Both the position numbers and the translations under genes were made by a program. This document shows, piece by piece, positions 21,202-31,613 of a DNA stretch of 64,000 nt. This stretch comes from an uncultured bacterium (lineage in GTDB: Bacteria; Krumholzibacteriota; Krumholzibacteriia; Krumholzibacteriales; Krumholzibacteriaceae), in the NCBI GenBank assembly GCA_963786935.1, contig CAWBAN010000001.1, forward strand, positions 1,056,001-1,120,000, in the 5' to 3' direction. Positions within the stretch are counted from its first letter, which is position 1, and each line of letters starts with the position of its first letter. The notes under the pieces are model-generated. The model had not been told where the DNA came from. It saw only the letters and a program-made list of their open reading frames with translations, and searched no databases.

Positions 21202-21230
21202 AATATACGTTCCCGTTCGCGCGATTTCAA
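21202..21230 (-). promoter_or_regulatory. sigma70-type promoter of the por operon
   Basis: TTGAAA-N17-TATATT. Confidence 0.65.
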
Positions 21231-21285
21231 GCGGAATCGGCGGGGAGGCCCTCGCCTCCCCGCCGGAGCCCGCTCGTCGAAGCGA

Positions 21286-23244
21286 TTACTGGCGCTCCTC
21301 GAGGAGATGCGCCACGACGGTCGGATCGGCCAGCGTCGTCGTGTCGCCGACCTCGGTGCTGCCCGTCGCGATGACCTTGAGGATTCGCCGCATGATCTTG
21401 CCGCTCCGCGTCTTCGGAAGCGCGTCGGCGAACTGGATCTTGTCCGGCTTCGCGATCGGACCGATCATCTTGCCGACGTGGTTGCGGAGCTCCTCTTTGA
21501 GCTTGTCCGATTTCTCGAAACCGCCGGTCAGGGTGACGAACGCGTAGAGCCCCTCTCCCTTGATCTCGTGCGGCATCGGAACCACGGCCGCCTCGGCGAC
21601 CGCCTCGTGGCTCACGAGCGCGCTCTCGACTTCCATCGTCCCGATGCGGTGACCGGAGACGTTGATGACGTCGTCCACGCGGCCCATCAGCCAGAAGTAG
21701 CCGTCCTCGTCCTGCCGGGCGCCGTCGCCCGTGAAGTAGACGCCCTTGAAGCGGCTGTAGTAGGCGTCCGCGTAACGCTTGTCGTCCCCCCAGATCGTCC
21801 GGAGCTGTCCCGGCCACGGCTTCTTGATGATGAGGTAGCCCCCCTCGTTGCGCGCGCACGGCTTTCCGTCCTCGCGAACGACCTCGGGGAAAATCCCCGG
21901 GAAGGGGAGCGTCGCCGAGCCCGGCTTCAGCGGGAAGGCGCCCGGAAGCGGCGTGATGAGAATGCCGCCCGTCTCGGTCTGCCACCACGTGTCGACGATC
22001 GGGCAGCGCTCCTTGCCGATGTTCTTGTAGTACCACATCCAGGCCTCGGGATTGATCGGCTCGCCCACCGAGCCGAGAAGCCGCAGGCTCGACAGATCGT
22101 TCTTCGCCGGCCACTCGTCGCCGTCGCGCGCGATGGCGCGGATGGCGGTCGGCGCCGTGTAGAACACGTTGACCTTGTACTTGGCGACGACGTTCCAGAA
22201 GCGGTCCGGATTCGGGTAGCTCGGCACGCCCTCGAACATGATCGTCGTGGCGCCGTTGGCGAGCGGGCCGTACACGATGTACGAATGCCCCGTGATCCAG
22301 CCGATGTCGGCCGTGCACCAGTAGATGTCCTCGTCCTTGATGTCGAATATGAGCTTCGTCGTCACGGTGACGTACGTGAGGTAGCCGCCCGTCGTATGAA
22401 CGACGCCCTTCGGCTTGCCCGTCGTGCCGCTCGTGTAGAGGATGAACGAAATATCCTCGGCGTCCATCTGCTCCGGCTCGCACGTGTCCTTGGCCGTCGC
22501 CATCTCTTCATGCCACCAGAGGTCCTTGCCCTTGTTCATCGGGATGTCGAGCCCGGTGCGCTTCACGACGATGACCTTCTCGATCGTCGGGCAGTCGCCG
22601 AGAATCGTATCGGCGCCGGTCTTCAGGGGCACGGCCTTGCCGCGGCGATAGCTGCCGTCGGAGGTGACGAGGAGCTTCGCGCCGGCGTCGATGATGCGGT
22701 CCTTGAGCGATTCGGCGCTGAATCCGCCGAACACGATCGAGTGGATCGCGCCGATGCGCGTGCACGCGAGCATCGCGATCGCGAGCTCGGGGATCATCGG
22801 GAGATACAGGTTGACCCGGTCGCCCTTCTTGATCCCGTGCGACTTGAGGACGTTGGCGAACTTGCAGACCTCGCGATGGAGCTCCTTGTACGTGTATTTC
22901 TTCGCGTCGCCGACCGGCTCCCCTTCCCAGATGAGAGCGATCTTGTCGCCCTTCTTCGCGAGGTGCCGGTCGAGGCAGTTGTAGGAGATGTTGGTCGTGC
23001 CGCCGACGAACCACTTCACGAAGGGGGCCTTGCTGTGATCGAGCACCTTGTCCCACTTCTTGTACCAGTGAATCGCGTTCGCCTGCTCGGCCCAGAAACC
23101 CTCGAGGTCCTTCTCGGATTTCTCGTAGAGCTTCTTGTACTCGTCCATGCTCTTCACGTGCGCCTTCGCGACGAAATCCTTCGGGGGATTGAACACACGC
23201 CGCTCGTCGAGCATGGAGGTGATGGTTTTCTTCTCCTCTGCCAT
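21286..23244 (-). CDS. acs: Acetyl-CoA synthetase (AMP-forming)
   Basis: '[11 protein letters not shown]', 'DTWWQTETG', '[12 protein letters not shown]'. Confidence 0.96.
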   Translation of the reverse strand: MAEEKKTITSMLDERRVFNPPKDFVAKAHVKSMDEYKKLYEKSEKDLEGFWAEQANAIHWYKKWDKVLDHSKAPFVKWFVGGTTNISYNCLDRHLAKKGDKIALIWEGEPVGDAKKYTYKELHREVCKFANVLKSHGIKKGDRVNLYLPMIPELAIAMLACTRIGAIHSIVFGGFSAESLKDRIIDAGAKLLVTSDGSYRRGKAVPLKTGADTILGDCPTIEKVIVVKRTGLDIPMNKGKDLWWHEEMATAKDTCEPEQMDAEDISFILYTSGTTGKPKGVVHTTGGYLTYVTVTTKLIFDIKDEDIYWCTADIGWITGHSYIVYGPLANGATTIMFEGVPSYPNPDRFWNVVAKYKVNVFYTAPTAIRAIARDGDEWPAKNDLSSLRLLGSVGEPINPEAWMWYYKNIGKERCPIVDTWWQTETGGILITPLPGAFPLKPGSATLPFPGIFPEVVREDGKPCARNEGGYLIIKKPWPGQLRTIWGDDKRYADAYYSRFKGVYFTGDGARQDEDGYFWLMGRVDDVINVSGHRIGTMEVESALVSHEAVAEAAVVPMPHEIKGEGLYAFVTLTGGFEKSDKLKEELRNHVGKMIGPIAKPDKIQFADALPKTRSGKIMRRILKVIATGSTEVGDTTTLADPTVVAHLLEERQ

Positions 23245-23327
23245 GGGAACCTCCTGTGCCGTTTGGTCTGGTTTGGATGATTCGCGTTCAATAAAACAAA
23301 ATCAAAGCGCAAGCCTTAAGAAGTTTG

Positions 23328-23356
23328 AATTTAGTCAGATATTCCGTTGCTGTCAA
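23328..23356 (-). promoter_or_regulatory. Putative acs promoter
   Basis: TTGACA-N17-TAAATT. Confidence 0.6.
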
Positions 23357-23525
23357 GATATAATCCACGTTCGGGAGCGTTCCCCGCGCCGTTCCCGGCT
23401 GCCCCCGGCGAGCGGTTCGGCGGGATATAAGCGCCCGCAAAGGACCGACCCCGCGGCCGGCGCTTATTTAATTATTAGACAATACGTTATAGCATGCCGG
23501 GGACCGGATATTCGCCCCTGCTCCC

Positions 23526-23554
23526 TTGACTTTTCCCCATGTGAACCTTATGTT
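23526..23554 (+). promoter_or_regulatory. Putative gdhA promoter
   Basis: TTGACT-N17-TATGTT. Confidence 0.6.
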
Positions 23555-23597
23555 CAGGCGAGCGATCAAGAACCATGTCGAGAAAGGACGGCACGGA

Positions 23598-24884
23598 ATG
23601 GCAGACAAATCCTACAACGCCTTCGAAATGGCGCAGGCCCAGTTCGACCGGACGGCGAAGCTCCTCGACCTCGATGAGGCGACGAGGGAGCTTCTGCGCA
23701 CCAACCTCCGCGAATATCATGTGAGCATACCGGTCAAGATGGACGACGGCAGCGTGAAGGTGTTCCGCGGATTCAGGGTTCAACACAACGACGCGCGCGG
23801 CCCGGCGAAGGGCGGCATCCGCTTCCACCCGATGGAAACGATCGACACGGTGCGCGCCCTGGCCATGTGGATGACCTGGAAATGCGCCGTGGTCGATATA
23901 CCGCTCGGCGGCGGCAAGGGAGGCGTCATCTGCGACCCGCACAATCTCAGCTTGCGGGAGCAGGAACAGATCTGCCGCGGCTGGATCCGGCAGCTTTCGC
24001 AGGATTTGGGACCGATCCGTGACGTGCCCGCGCCCGACGTCATGACGAGCTCCCAGCACATGCTCTGGATGCTGGACGAGTACGAGACGATTCACGGGCA
24101 GCGGCTCCCGGGATTCATCACCGGCAAGCCGGTCGGCATGGGCGGCTCCCTCGGCCGCACCGAGGCCACCGGCTACGGCGTCATCTTCACGGTCCGCGAG
24201 GCCCTCAAGGAGCTCAATCTTCCCCCCGGCGACACGACGGCGAGCGTGCAGGGATTCGGCAACGTGGCGCAGTACGCGATCGAGCTCTACCAGCAGATCT
24301 GGGGAAAGGTCGTGTGCGTGTCCTGCTGGGATCAGAACGATAAGACGTCGTACAGCTTCTTCAAGAAGGACGGCGTCAACCTGAACGAGCTGCGCGGCAT
24401 CACGGACCGGTTCGGCGGCATCGAGAAAGAGAAGGCGAAGAAGCTCGGCTACGAGGTTCTCCCCGGCGAGGCGTGGATCGAGCAGGATGTGGACATCCTC
24501 ATCCCGTCCGCGCTCGAGAACCAGATCACCAAGGACAACGTCGGCAGAATGAGCAAACGCGTCAAGCTCATCGCCGAGGGCGCCAACGGTCCGACGACGC
24601 CCGAAGCGGACAAGGTGATCCAGGAGCGCGGCATATTCATGATACCCGACTTCCTCGCGAACGCCGGCGGCGTCACCTGCAGCTACTTCGAGCAGGTTCA
24701 GTGCAACATGAATTACTTCTGGGAAAAGGACGAGGTTCTCGGCAAGCTCGATACCAAGATGACGTCCGCGTTCAACGCGGTGAACGAGCTCGCAAAGAAA
24801 CGGAAACTCTACATGCGGGACGCCGCATACGTGATCGCGGTCGGGCGCGTCGCCCAGGCATGCAAAGGTCGCGGCTGGGTATAG
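23598..24884 (+). CDS. gdhA: Glu/Leu/Phe/Val dehydrogenase, probably glutamate dehydrogenase
   Basis: 'GPAKGGIRF', 'GGGKGG', 'VPAPD', 'ATGYG', 'GFGNV', 'EGANGP'. Confidence 0.9.
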   Translation: MADKSYNAFEMAQAQFDRTAKLLDLDEATRELLRTNLREYHVSIPVKMDDGSVKVFRGFRVQHNDARGPAKGGIRFHPMETIDTVRALAMWMTWKCAVVDIPLGGGKGGVICDPHNLSLREQEQICRGWIRQLSQDLGPIRDVPAPDVMTSSQHMLWMLDEYETIHGQRLPGFITGKPVGMGGSLGRTEATGYGVIFTVREALKELNLPPGDTTASVQGFGNVAQYAIELYQQIWGKVVCVSCWDQNDKTSYSFFKKDGVNLNELRGITDRFGGIEKEKAKKLGYEVLPGEAWIEQDVDILIPSALENQITKDNVGRMSKRVKLIAEGANGPTTPEADKVIQERGIFMIPDFLANAGGVTCSYFEQVQCNMNYFWEKDEVLGKLDTKMTSAFNAVNELAKKRKLYMRDAAYVIAVGRVAQACKGRGWV

Positions 24885-24911
24885 ATTTCCGGCACGGCGC
24901 GGAAACGCCAC

Positions 24912-26669
24912 ATGCGGAGAAAAGACTACAGCCCCCACCATCAATCGCTCACGCGATTCGATCGATGCTTCTTCACGGGGGCGGAGCGTTTCACGTTCAT
25001 CGGTTCGGGCGAGCTCGGCGGCAAGGCGCACGGGCTCGCCCGGATGAAAGGCATCCTCGAATCGAAACTCAAGGATTCCTTCGAGCCCGCGATCTCGATC
25101 GGCATCCCCACGCTCACCGTCATCACGACCGAATTCTTCGATCTGTTCATGAAGCAGAACGATCTCTACGAGATCGCCTACTCCGAGGCGAGGGACGATT
25201 TGCTGGCGCACGCCTTTCAGCGCGCCGCGCTGCCCGTCCGGCTCTCCGGCGACCTCCGCGCCCTCGTCGAGCAGGCGCATTCCCCCCTCGCCGTTCGATC
25301 GTCGAGCATGCTCGAGGACGCCATGTTCGAGCCCTTCGCGAGCGTCTACGCGACGAAGATGGTGCCGAACAACCAGCCCGACGCGGATACCCGGTTCCGC
25401 AAGCTGAGCGAGGCGGTCAAATTCGTGTACGCGTCGACGTTCTTCAAGGTGGCCCGGAACTACATGCGGGCCACCCATCACGCCACGATCGACGAGAAGA
25501 TGGCGATCGTCATCCAGGAAGTGGTCGGCTCTCGCTTCGGCGAGCGCTACTACCCGCACATCTCCGGGGTGCTTCGCTCGTACAACTTCTACCCGACGGG
25601 GCACGGCACGCCCGAGGACGGCATCGTGGAGCTCGCGCTCGGCCTCGGACGAACGATCGTCGACGACGGCGTCAGCTGGGCCTTCTCCCCCGCCTTCCCC
25701 GGCGCCGACCCGCCGTTCAAATCGATGGGGGACCGCCTCAAGCACACGCAAACGGCCTTCTGGGGCGTGAACATGGGGAAGCCCGCCGCGTACGATCCGA
25801 TCGACGAGATCGAGTATCTGGCGTCGTACGACCTCGGAGACGCCGAATATGACGGCGTGATCAGGTTCATCGCGTCGACCTACCTTCCCGCCGACGACCG
25901 GATCACGAGCGGCACCGAAGAGCGGGGGCCCCGGATCATCGATTTCGCTCCGATCCTGAAGGACCGGATCCTCCCCCTCAACGATCTGCTGAAGACCCTG
26001 AAATCCGCCTGCGAGGACACGCTCGGCGCCATGGTCGAGGTCGAGTTCGCCCTCACGCTCGACCGCGAGTCCTGCGAACCGGCGCGATTCGGCTTCCTGC
26101 AGGTCCGCCCGATGGTCGTCTCGCAGGCCGAAGTCGATCTGCCGGCGAGCGAGCTCGCGGGCGCGAAGGTGCTCCTCTCCTCCGAGACCGTTCTCGGCAA
26201 CGGCGTGCTCGACACGATACTGGATGTGGTGTTCGTGCACCCCGAGCGCTTCGACACGCTCAAGACGCGCGAGATAGCGGCGGAGATCGAGCCGGTCAAC
26301 CGGCGGCTCGTCGAGGCGAAGACGCCGTACCTCCTCATCGGTTTCGGCCGATGGGGCACGACCGATCCGCCCGCCGGCATCCCCGTCGATTTCGGGCAGA
26401 TATCGGGCGCGAAGGTGATCGTCGAGGCCGCGCTCCCCAACCTCAACATCACGATGAGCCAGGGATCTCATTTCTTTCACAACGTGACGAGCTTCAAGAT
26501 ATTCTATTTCTCGATCCCGCACGGGAGCGAGTATCGTATCGACTGGGAGTGGCTCATGAAGCAGCGCACCGTTTCCGAAACGCATTTCGTGCGGCACGTC
26601 GCGCTCGATGAGCCCTTGTGCGCGAAGGTGGACGGCCGGAGCGGACGAGGAGTGATCACGCATGAGTGA
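24912..26669 (+). CDS. PEP-synthase/PPDK N-terminal (ATP-grasp)-like protein
   Basis: 'LGGKA', 'AVRSSSMLED', 'IVIQEV', 'GLG', 'VEFA...LQVRP'; short C-terminal domain 'GRWG...SQGSHFF'. Confidence 0.75.
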   Translation: MRRKDYSPHHQSLTRFDRCFFTGAERFTFIGSGELGGKAHGLARMKGILESKLKDSFEPAISIGIPTLTVITTEFFDLFMKQNDLYEIAYSEARDDLLAHAFQRAALPVRLSGDLRALVEQAHSPLAVRSSSMLEDAMFEPFASVYATKMVPNNQPDADTRFRKLSEAVKFVYASTFFKVARNYMRATHHATIDEKMAIVIQEVVGSRFGERYYPHISGVLRSYNFYPTGHGTPEDGIVELALGLGRTIVDDGVSWAFSPAFPGADPPFKSMGDRLKHTQTAFWGVNMGKPAAYDPIDEIEYLASYDLGDAEYDGVIRFIASTYLPADDRITSGTEERGPRIIDFAPILKDRILPLNDLLKTLKSACEDTLGAMVEVEFALTLDRESCEPARFGFLQVRPMVVSQAEVDLPASELAGAKVLLSSETVLGNGVLDTILDVVFVHPERFDTLKTREIAAEIEPVNRRLVEAKTPYLLIGFGRWGTTDPPAGIPVDFGQISGAKVIVEAALPNLNITMSQGSHFFHNVTSFKIFYFSIPHGSEYRIDWEWLMKQRTVSETHFVRHVALDEPLCAKVDGRSGRGVITHE

Positions 26670-29600
26670 CCGCAGGGACCGCGGGGACGATCTGATCCAC
26701 TTCTTCCGCGAGCGCGAAAAGGAGCTCGAGTGCCTCTACAACATCGAGGAGCTCCTCGTCGAGCCGAATGCGCCGCAGGATAAGGTCTTCCGGAGAATCA
26801 TCGAAACGATTCCCTCCGGATGGCAGTATCCGAACATCTGCAGCGCCCGCATACGAATCGGATCGCGAAGCTATTCGATACCCGGATTCAAGGAATCCCC
26901 GTGGGTGATGAGCGCCGATATCGTCGTCGAGGACGAACGGGCCGGCGACATCAGTGTGTTCTATTCGAAGGAGATGCCCGCCGCGGACGAGGGCCCCTTC
27001 CTCAAATACGAGAAGCGGCTTCTCAAGACGATCGCCGACCGGATCGGGAACTTCATTCTCCACCAGCGGCTCATCGAGGCGGCCGAGGAGCGCCGCGAGG
27101 AGCGGCCCGAGGAGAGCACCGGCGAGTGGCGCGTCATTCTCAACCTCCTCCACCACACCGATCGCACCCTCTTCGAGAACGTCTCCCAGAAGATGCTCAA
27201 CCATCTCTGCTGGGGCGGCGTCCAGGAAGCGGAGCATCTGCGGAGCACGCTCGTGCCCGCCGAGCTCGATTTCGAAGCGGGGCCGGATACCGAGTCGAAC
27301 AAGCCCTACGAGGTGCACGCCCTCGAGATCACCGACGCTGTGAGCGACGAGATCTTCCGCGTCGCCGCGAAGGAATACACGGGCGAGCAGATCCTCGCCT
27401 TTCTCCGCAAATGGATCCAGGACGACAAGCTGAGCTATCTCCTGCGCATCGGCAACCGCAACCTACCCCTCGCCGACGTGATCGGCGCGCTCCGGCAGTT
27501 CCGCGAGATGTCCCCCGAGGGGAGCGACCTGTCCGCGGCCGCGAAGGTCGGCGTCATCGTGTCCCTCATCACGCGGTTTCTCTCGCGGCAGCTCGGCTAC
27601 ATCAACGTGGCGAAGAACTACATCGAGATCCGCGACTTCTTCGAGATCCTCGACCGTATCATCTACACCCCCGAGAGCCACGGACAGCTCGGCGGCAAGT
27701 GCGCGGGGCTCTTCCTCGCGCAGCAGATCATCAAGAAATCGTACGGCACCGACCCGCTCTTCGCGAACGTCAAGGTGCCGAAAACCTGGTATATCACCTC
27801 CGACGTGCTCCTCGAGTTCCTCCGGTTCAACAACCTCGACGAGGTCATCGAGCAAAAGTACAAGGACATCGACCAGACCCGGCTCGAGTACCCGAACGTG
27901 ATTCTCACCTTCAAGAACAGCCGGTTCCCGCCGGAGGTCGTGCAGGGGCTCTCCATGATCCTCGACGAGCTCGAAGGCATGCCGCTCATCATCCGCAGCT
28001 CGAGCCTCCTCGAGGACAGCCAGGGCGCCGCCTTCTCGGGAAAGTACAAGAGCCTCTTCCTCGCGAACCAGGGGAGCAAGCATGAACGTCTCGACGCGCT
28101 CCTCGACGCCATCGCCGAGGTCTACGCCTCCACCTTCGGCCCCGATCCCATCCAGTACCGCGCCGAGCGCGGCCTCCTCGACTTCGACGAGGGCATGGGG
28201 ATCATGATCCAGGGAGTCGTCGGCACGCGCGTGGGGGATTACTTCCTCCCCGTGTTCGCCGGGGTCGCCTTCAGCAGGAACGAGTTCCGCTGGTCTCCCC
28301 GGATCAAGCGCGAGGACGGGCTCATCCGCACGGTCCCCGGCCTCGGCACGCGCGCCGTCGACCGCGTGAGCGACGATTATCCCGCGCTCATCGCCCCCGG
28401 CCAGCCCGGGCTGCGCGTCAACGTCGCGACGGAGGAGATCGTCTACTACACGCCGAAGAAGATGGACGTGATCAACCTGAAAACGAACACCTTCGAAACG
28501 ATCGAGGCCAAGGAGCTCCTCCGGAAACACGGGGCGGAGATCCCGCTCGTCGAGAAGATGGTTTCGATCTACGACGGTCATCATCTGCGCAAGCCGATGG
28601 CGATGAGCATCGATTTCGAGAACGACGACCTTCCCCTGACGCTCGACGGTCTCGTGAGCGACACCCCCTTCGTGAAGCAGGTCCACGGCATCCTCAAGCT
28701 GCTCGAGCGGAAGCTCGGGTACCCCGTCGACATCGAGTTCGCGCACGACGGAACCGACTTCTATCTCCTCCAGTGCCGGCCGCAGAGCTTCTCGCCGTTG
28801 AGCGCCCCCGCGCCCATCCCCCAGGACATTCCGCCCGAGCGGATCGTCTTCCAGGCCAAGCGCTACATTTCGAACGGGCGGGTGCCGGACATCACCCATA
28901 TCGTCTACGTCGATCCCCTCGCGTACGCCGAGCTTCCGGACCGGGACGACCTCATCGCCGTGGGACGGGCCGTCGGCCATCTCAACAAGCTGCTGCCGAA
29001 GCACCAGTTCATCCTCATGGGGCCCGGCCGATGGGGAAGCCGCGGGGACATCAAGCTCGGCGTGAGCGTCACCTATTCCGACATCAACAACACCGCCGTG
29101 CTCATCGAGATCGCCCGCGCAAAGGGCAACTACATGCCCGACCTCTCGTTCGGCACGCACTTCTTCCAGGATCTCGTCGAGGGACAAATACGCTACCTTC
29201 CGCTCTTCCCCGACGACGAGGGCATCGTCTTCAACGAGCGGTTTCTCCTCGGCTCGAAGAACATCCTGTCCGAGATGCTCCCCGAGTTCTCCCGGCTCGA
29301 CGGCGTCGTGCACCTCATCGACGTTCCGGAATCGACCGGCGGCAAGATCCTGCGCATCCTGATGAACGCCGAGCTCGGCGAGGCGGTCGCCCTCCTCGCT
29401 CCGCGCGAATCGGGCGAGCAGCGCGTCGAGGACCAGCCCGCGGACGGCGACCGGCCGTCGAACAGTCTGTGGGTATGGCGGCTCAGGATGGCGGAGCGCA
29501 TCGCGTCGCAGCTCGATCCAGAGCGCTTCGGCGTCGCCGGATTCTACGTATTCGGGAGCACGAAGAACGCCACGGCGGGACTCGCGAGCGACATCGACAT

Positions 29601-29835
29601 CATCGTGCACGTCCGCGGCTCCGAGCGGCAGCGCGAGGAGCTCGAGCAGTGGCTCGACGGATGGAGCCAGTGTCTCGACGAAATGAATTACCTGCAGACC
29701 GGCTACCGGACGGGCGGCCTTCTCGACGTCCACTTCGTCACCGACGAGGATATCGCGAACAAGACGAGCTTCGCCGTCAAGATCGGAGCCGTCACCGACG
29801 CGGCCCGGCCCCTGCCGATGAAGAAACGCTCCTGA
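26662..29835 (+). CDS. GAF-like + PEP-synthase-N-like + nucleotidyltransferase fusion protein
   Basis: N-terminal 'EREKELECLY...GWQYP...EGPFL'; 'LGGKC', 'IRSSSLLED', 'DIEFA...LQCRP', 'GRWG...SFGTHFF'; C-terminal 'VFGS...SDIDI'. Confidence 0.75.
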   Translation: MSDRRDRGDDLIHFFREREKELECLYNIEELLVEPNAPQDKVFRRIIETIPSGWQYPNICSARIRIGSRSYSIPGFKESPWVMSADIVVEDERAGDISVFYSKEMPAADEGPFLKYEKRLLKTIADRIGNFILHQRLIEAAEERREERPEESTGEWRVILNLLHHTDRTLFENVSQKMLNHLCWGGVQEAEHLRSTLVPAELDFEAGPDTESNKPYEVHALEITDAVSDEIFRVAAKEYTGEQILAFLRKWIQDDKLSYLLRIGNRNLPLADVIGALRQFREMSPEGSDLSAAAKVGVIVSLITRFLSRQLGYINVAKNYIEIRDFFEILDRIIYTPESHGQLGGKCAGLFLAQQIIKKSYGTDPLFANVKVPKTWYITSDVLLEFLRFNNLDEVIEQKYKDIDQTRLEYPNVILTFKNSRFPPEVVQGLSMILDELEGMPLIIRSSSLLEDSQGAAFSGKYKSLFLANQGSKHERLDALLDAIAEVYASTFGPDPIQYRAERGLLDFDEGMGIMIQGVVGTRVGDYFLPVFAGVAFSRNEFRWSPRIKREDGLIRTVPGLGTRAVDRVSDDYPALIAPGQPGLRVNVATEEIVYYTPKKMDVINLKTNTFETIEAKELLRKHGAEIPLVEKMVSIYDGHHLRKPMAMSIDFENDDLPLTLDGLVSDTPFVKQVHGILKLLERKLGYPVDIEFAHDGTDFYLLQCRPQSFSPLSAPAPIPQDIPPERIVFQAKRYISNGRVPDITHIVYVDPLAYAELPDRDDLIAVGRAVGHLNKLLPKHQFILMGPGRWGSRGDIKLGVSVTYSDINNTAVLIEIARAKGNYMPDLSFGTHFFQDLVEGQIRYLPLFPDDEGIVFNERFLLGSKNILSEMLPEFSRLDGVVHLIDVPESTGGKILRILMNAELGEAVALLAPRESGEQRVEDQPADGDRPSNSLWVWRLRMAERIASQLDPERFGVAGFYVFGSTKNATAGLASDIDIIVHVRGSERQREELEQWLDGWSQCLDEMNYLQTGYRTGGLLDVHFVTDEDIANKTSFAVKIGAVTDAARPLPMKKRS

Positions 29836-30708
29836 TTATTCCCCAGACAGTGCCGCCGGCTGGAGCAGCTCCCGCGTGGCCATTGACGGGTTTTCGAGGT
29901 CGAAGCGTACGAGCGCGAGCTCGGGTCCGTCGTGCGCGGCGGAAAGTGCGAGGGTGCGCCCGAATGTGTCGCGCCATGCTCCGGTGATTCTCGCGGATTC
30001 GTGAATGTGACCGTGCAGCGTCAGAAGCGGCTGCCGCGCTTCGATGAAGCGGCGAATGGCGATGCTGCCGACGTGCACGTCGAGCGGCGCATGATCGACC
30101 ATTTTCCCGTCGAGCGCGGCGCGGTCGAGATTGCTCTCGTGCGGCGGCGCGTGGAAGAGAAACACCGCGTTCTCGAGATCGTCCGACGCGGCGAGCGCGT
30201 CGAGATCATCGGCGATCGTCGCGAATCGCGCCTCGTCGGGATCCACCTCAACCGTCCTCCACCCTTCCTCCGGCGATACGCATCCCGGATCGACGAACTG
30301 GGAGACGTCGTAGCGCTCCCAATCCTTGAGAAGAAACGGGCTCGGAGGCGCGTAGGCGTACCCGTATATCGTCCACGGCCCGAATGCCTCTTTTCTCCCG
30401 TGCATATACGAGAGGAGGCCGTCCCCCGCCGCTTCAATCAGGGATGCCTCCACCGCGCGGGGATCGTCGTTCCCGAGAATGACGAACACGCGCGGATAGG
30501 CCGCGCCGAGCCCGTTTCGCAGGCGGCCGAGCTCCGCGAAAAAGACATCCCGGAGAAAATCGCCGCCGGCGTCCGCGCGCCGCATATTGGGCAGGATGTC
30601 GCCGCCGAAGAACACGGCCTTCGGCTTTTCCGCCGAGACGGCGTCGAAGAGCCTCCGGTAGCGGCCGGGCTTGCCGTGCAGATCGGATGCGAAAAAGCAC
30701 CTCGTCAT
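29836..30708 (-). CDS. Calcineurin-like metallophosphoesterase
   Basis: 'SDLHG', 'GGD', 'GNDD', 'HAPP', 'HGHIHE'. Confidence 0.88.
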   Translation of the reverse strand: MTRCFFASDLHGKPGRYRRLFDAVSAEKPKAVFFGGDILPNMRRADAGGDFLRDVFFAELGRLRNGLGAAYPRVFVILGNDDPRAVEASLIEAAGDGLLSYMHGRKEAFGPWTIYGYAYAPPSPFLLKDWERYDVSQFVDPGCVSPEEGWRTVEVDPDEARFATIADDLDALAASDDLENAVFLFHAPPHESNLDRAALDGKMVDHAPLDVHVGSIAIRRFIEARQPLLTLHGHIHESARITGAWRDTFGRTLALSAAHDGPELALVRFDLENPSMATRELLQPAALSGE

Positions 30709-30739
30709 TCGTTTACGCTCTCCCCGTGCCGTTGTCCCG

Positions 30740-31609
30740 CTATTGCATCGGCTTCCGCCCGACAACCCTCACGCTCGCCACCTTGCCGGCGATCTCATCG
30801 AGCGCGGCGTCGGTTCTCTCGGGGGGAATCCCCATCCCGCCGCAGCACGAGCCTTCGCCCTCCGCGGCGTCCGATACGAGAAGCGCGGCGAGCTGCGCCC
30901 GATCGTACACGAGACGATCGTTGACGGCAACCTCGATGAGACCCGCCGCGCGGAGCCCGTCGAGATAGTCCGCTTCGGGTATCGCGCCCGTAATGCACGC
31001 CGAGTACAGCGCCCCCAGCTCGACGACCCACGCCGGGAGCTTCTCCGTGACGATGTCCGATATCGAAATGCGCCCGCCCGGCTTGAGCACGCGCGCGATT
31101 TCCCCGAACACCTTCTCCTTTTCGGGAGAAAGATTGATGACGCAATTCGATATCACGAGATCGACGGAGCCCGATTCGACGGGCAGCTTCTCGATGAGCC
31201 CCTCCCGCACATCGACGTTCGAGAGCCCCGCCCCGGCGGCGTTCCGCCGCGCGCGCTCGATCATGGCGGGGGTCATATCGACGCCGATCACGCGCCCCCG
31301 GGGACCCGCGAGCTTCGCGGCGAGCAGGAGGTCGATGCCGGCGCCCGATCCGAGATCGAGCACCGTATCCCCCTCCCGGATCGCGGCGAGAGCCACCGGA
31401 TTCCCGCAGCCGAAGGAATTGACGACCGCGTCCGGGGGAAGCGCCGCCATCTCCTCGCGGCTGTACCCCGCGAGCTTCGCGGCGACGCCCGTCGAGACGG
31501 GCCCGCCGCAGCAACCGCACCCGCACCCGCATTCCCGCGAAGACGACTTCTCCACGGCGCGGGCATAGCTCTTTGATACGTCGTGCCGGATCTTGTCCGC
31601 TTTTTTCAT
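30740..31609 (-). CDS. arsM: ArsM-like SAM-dependent methyltransferase
   Basis: 'GCGNP', 'LDLGSGAG', 'ISNCVINL', 'ACITGA'; Cys-rich N-terminus. Confidence 0.78.
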   Translation of the reverse strand: MKKADKIRHDVSKSYARAVEKSSSRECGCGCGCCGGPVSTGVAAKLAGYSREEMAALPPDAVVNSFGCGNPVALAAIREGDTVLDLGSGAGIDLLLAAKLAGPRGRVIGVDMTPAMIERARRNAAGAGLSNVDVREGLIEKLPVESGSVDLVISNCVINLSPEKEKVFGEIARVLKPGGRISISDIVTEKLPAWVVELGALYSACITGAIPEADYLDGLRAAGLIEVAVNDRLVYDRAQLAALLVSDAAEGEGSCCGGMGIPPERTDAALDEIAGKVASVRVVGRKPMQ

Positions 31610-31613
31610 CGCA

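Noticed and set aside
24912..29835. Annotating the two ATP-grasp proteins as ppsA or ppdK
   Set aside because: They have no C-terminal PEP/pyruvate-binding barrel and no canonical GGxTSHAA motif.
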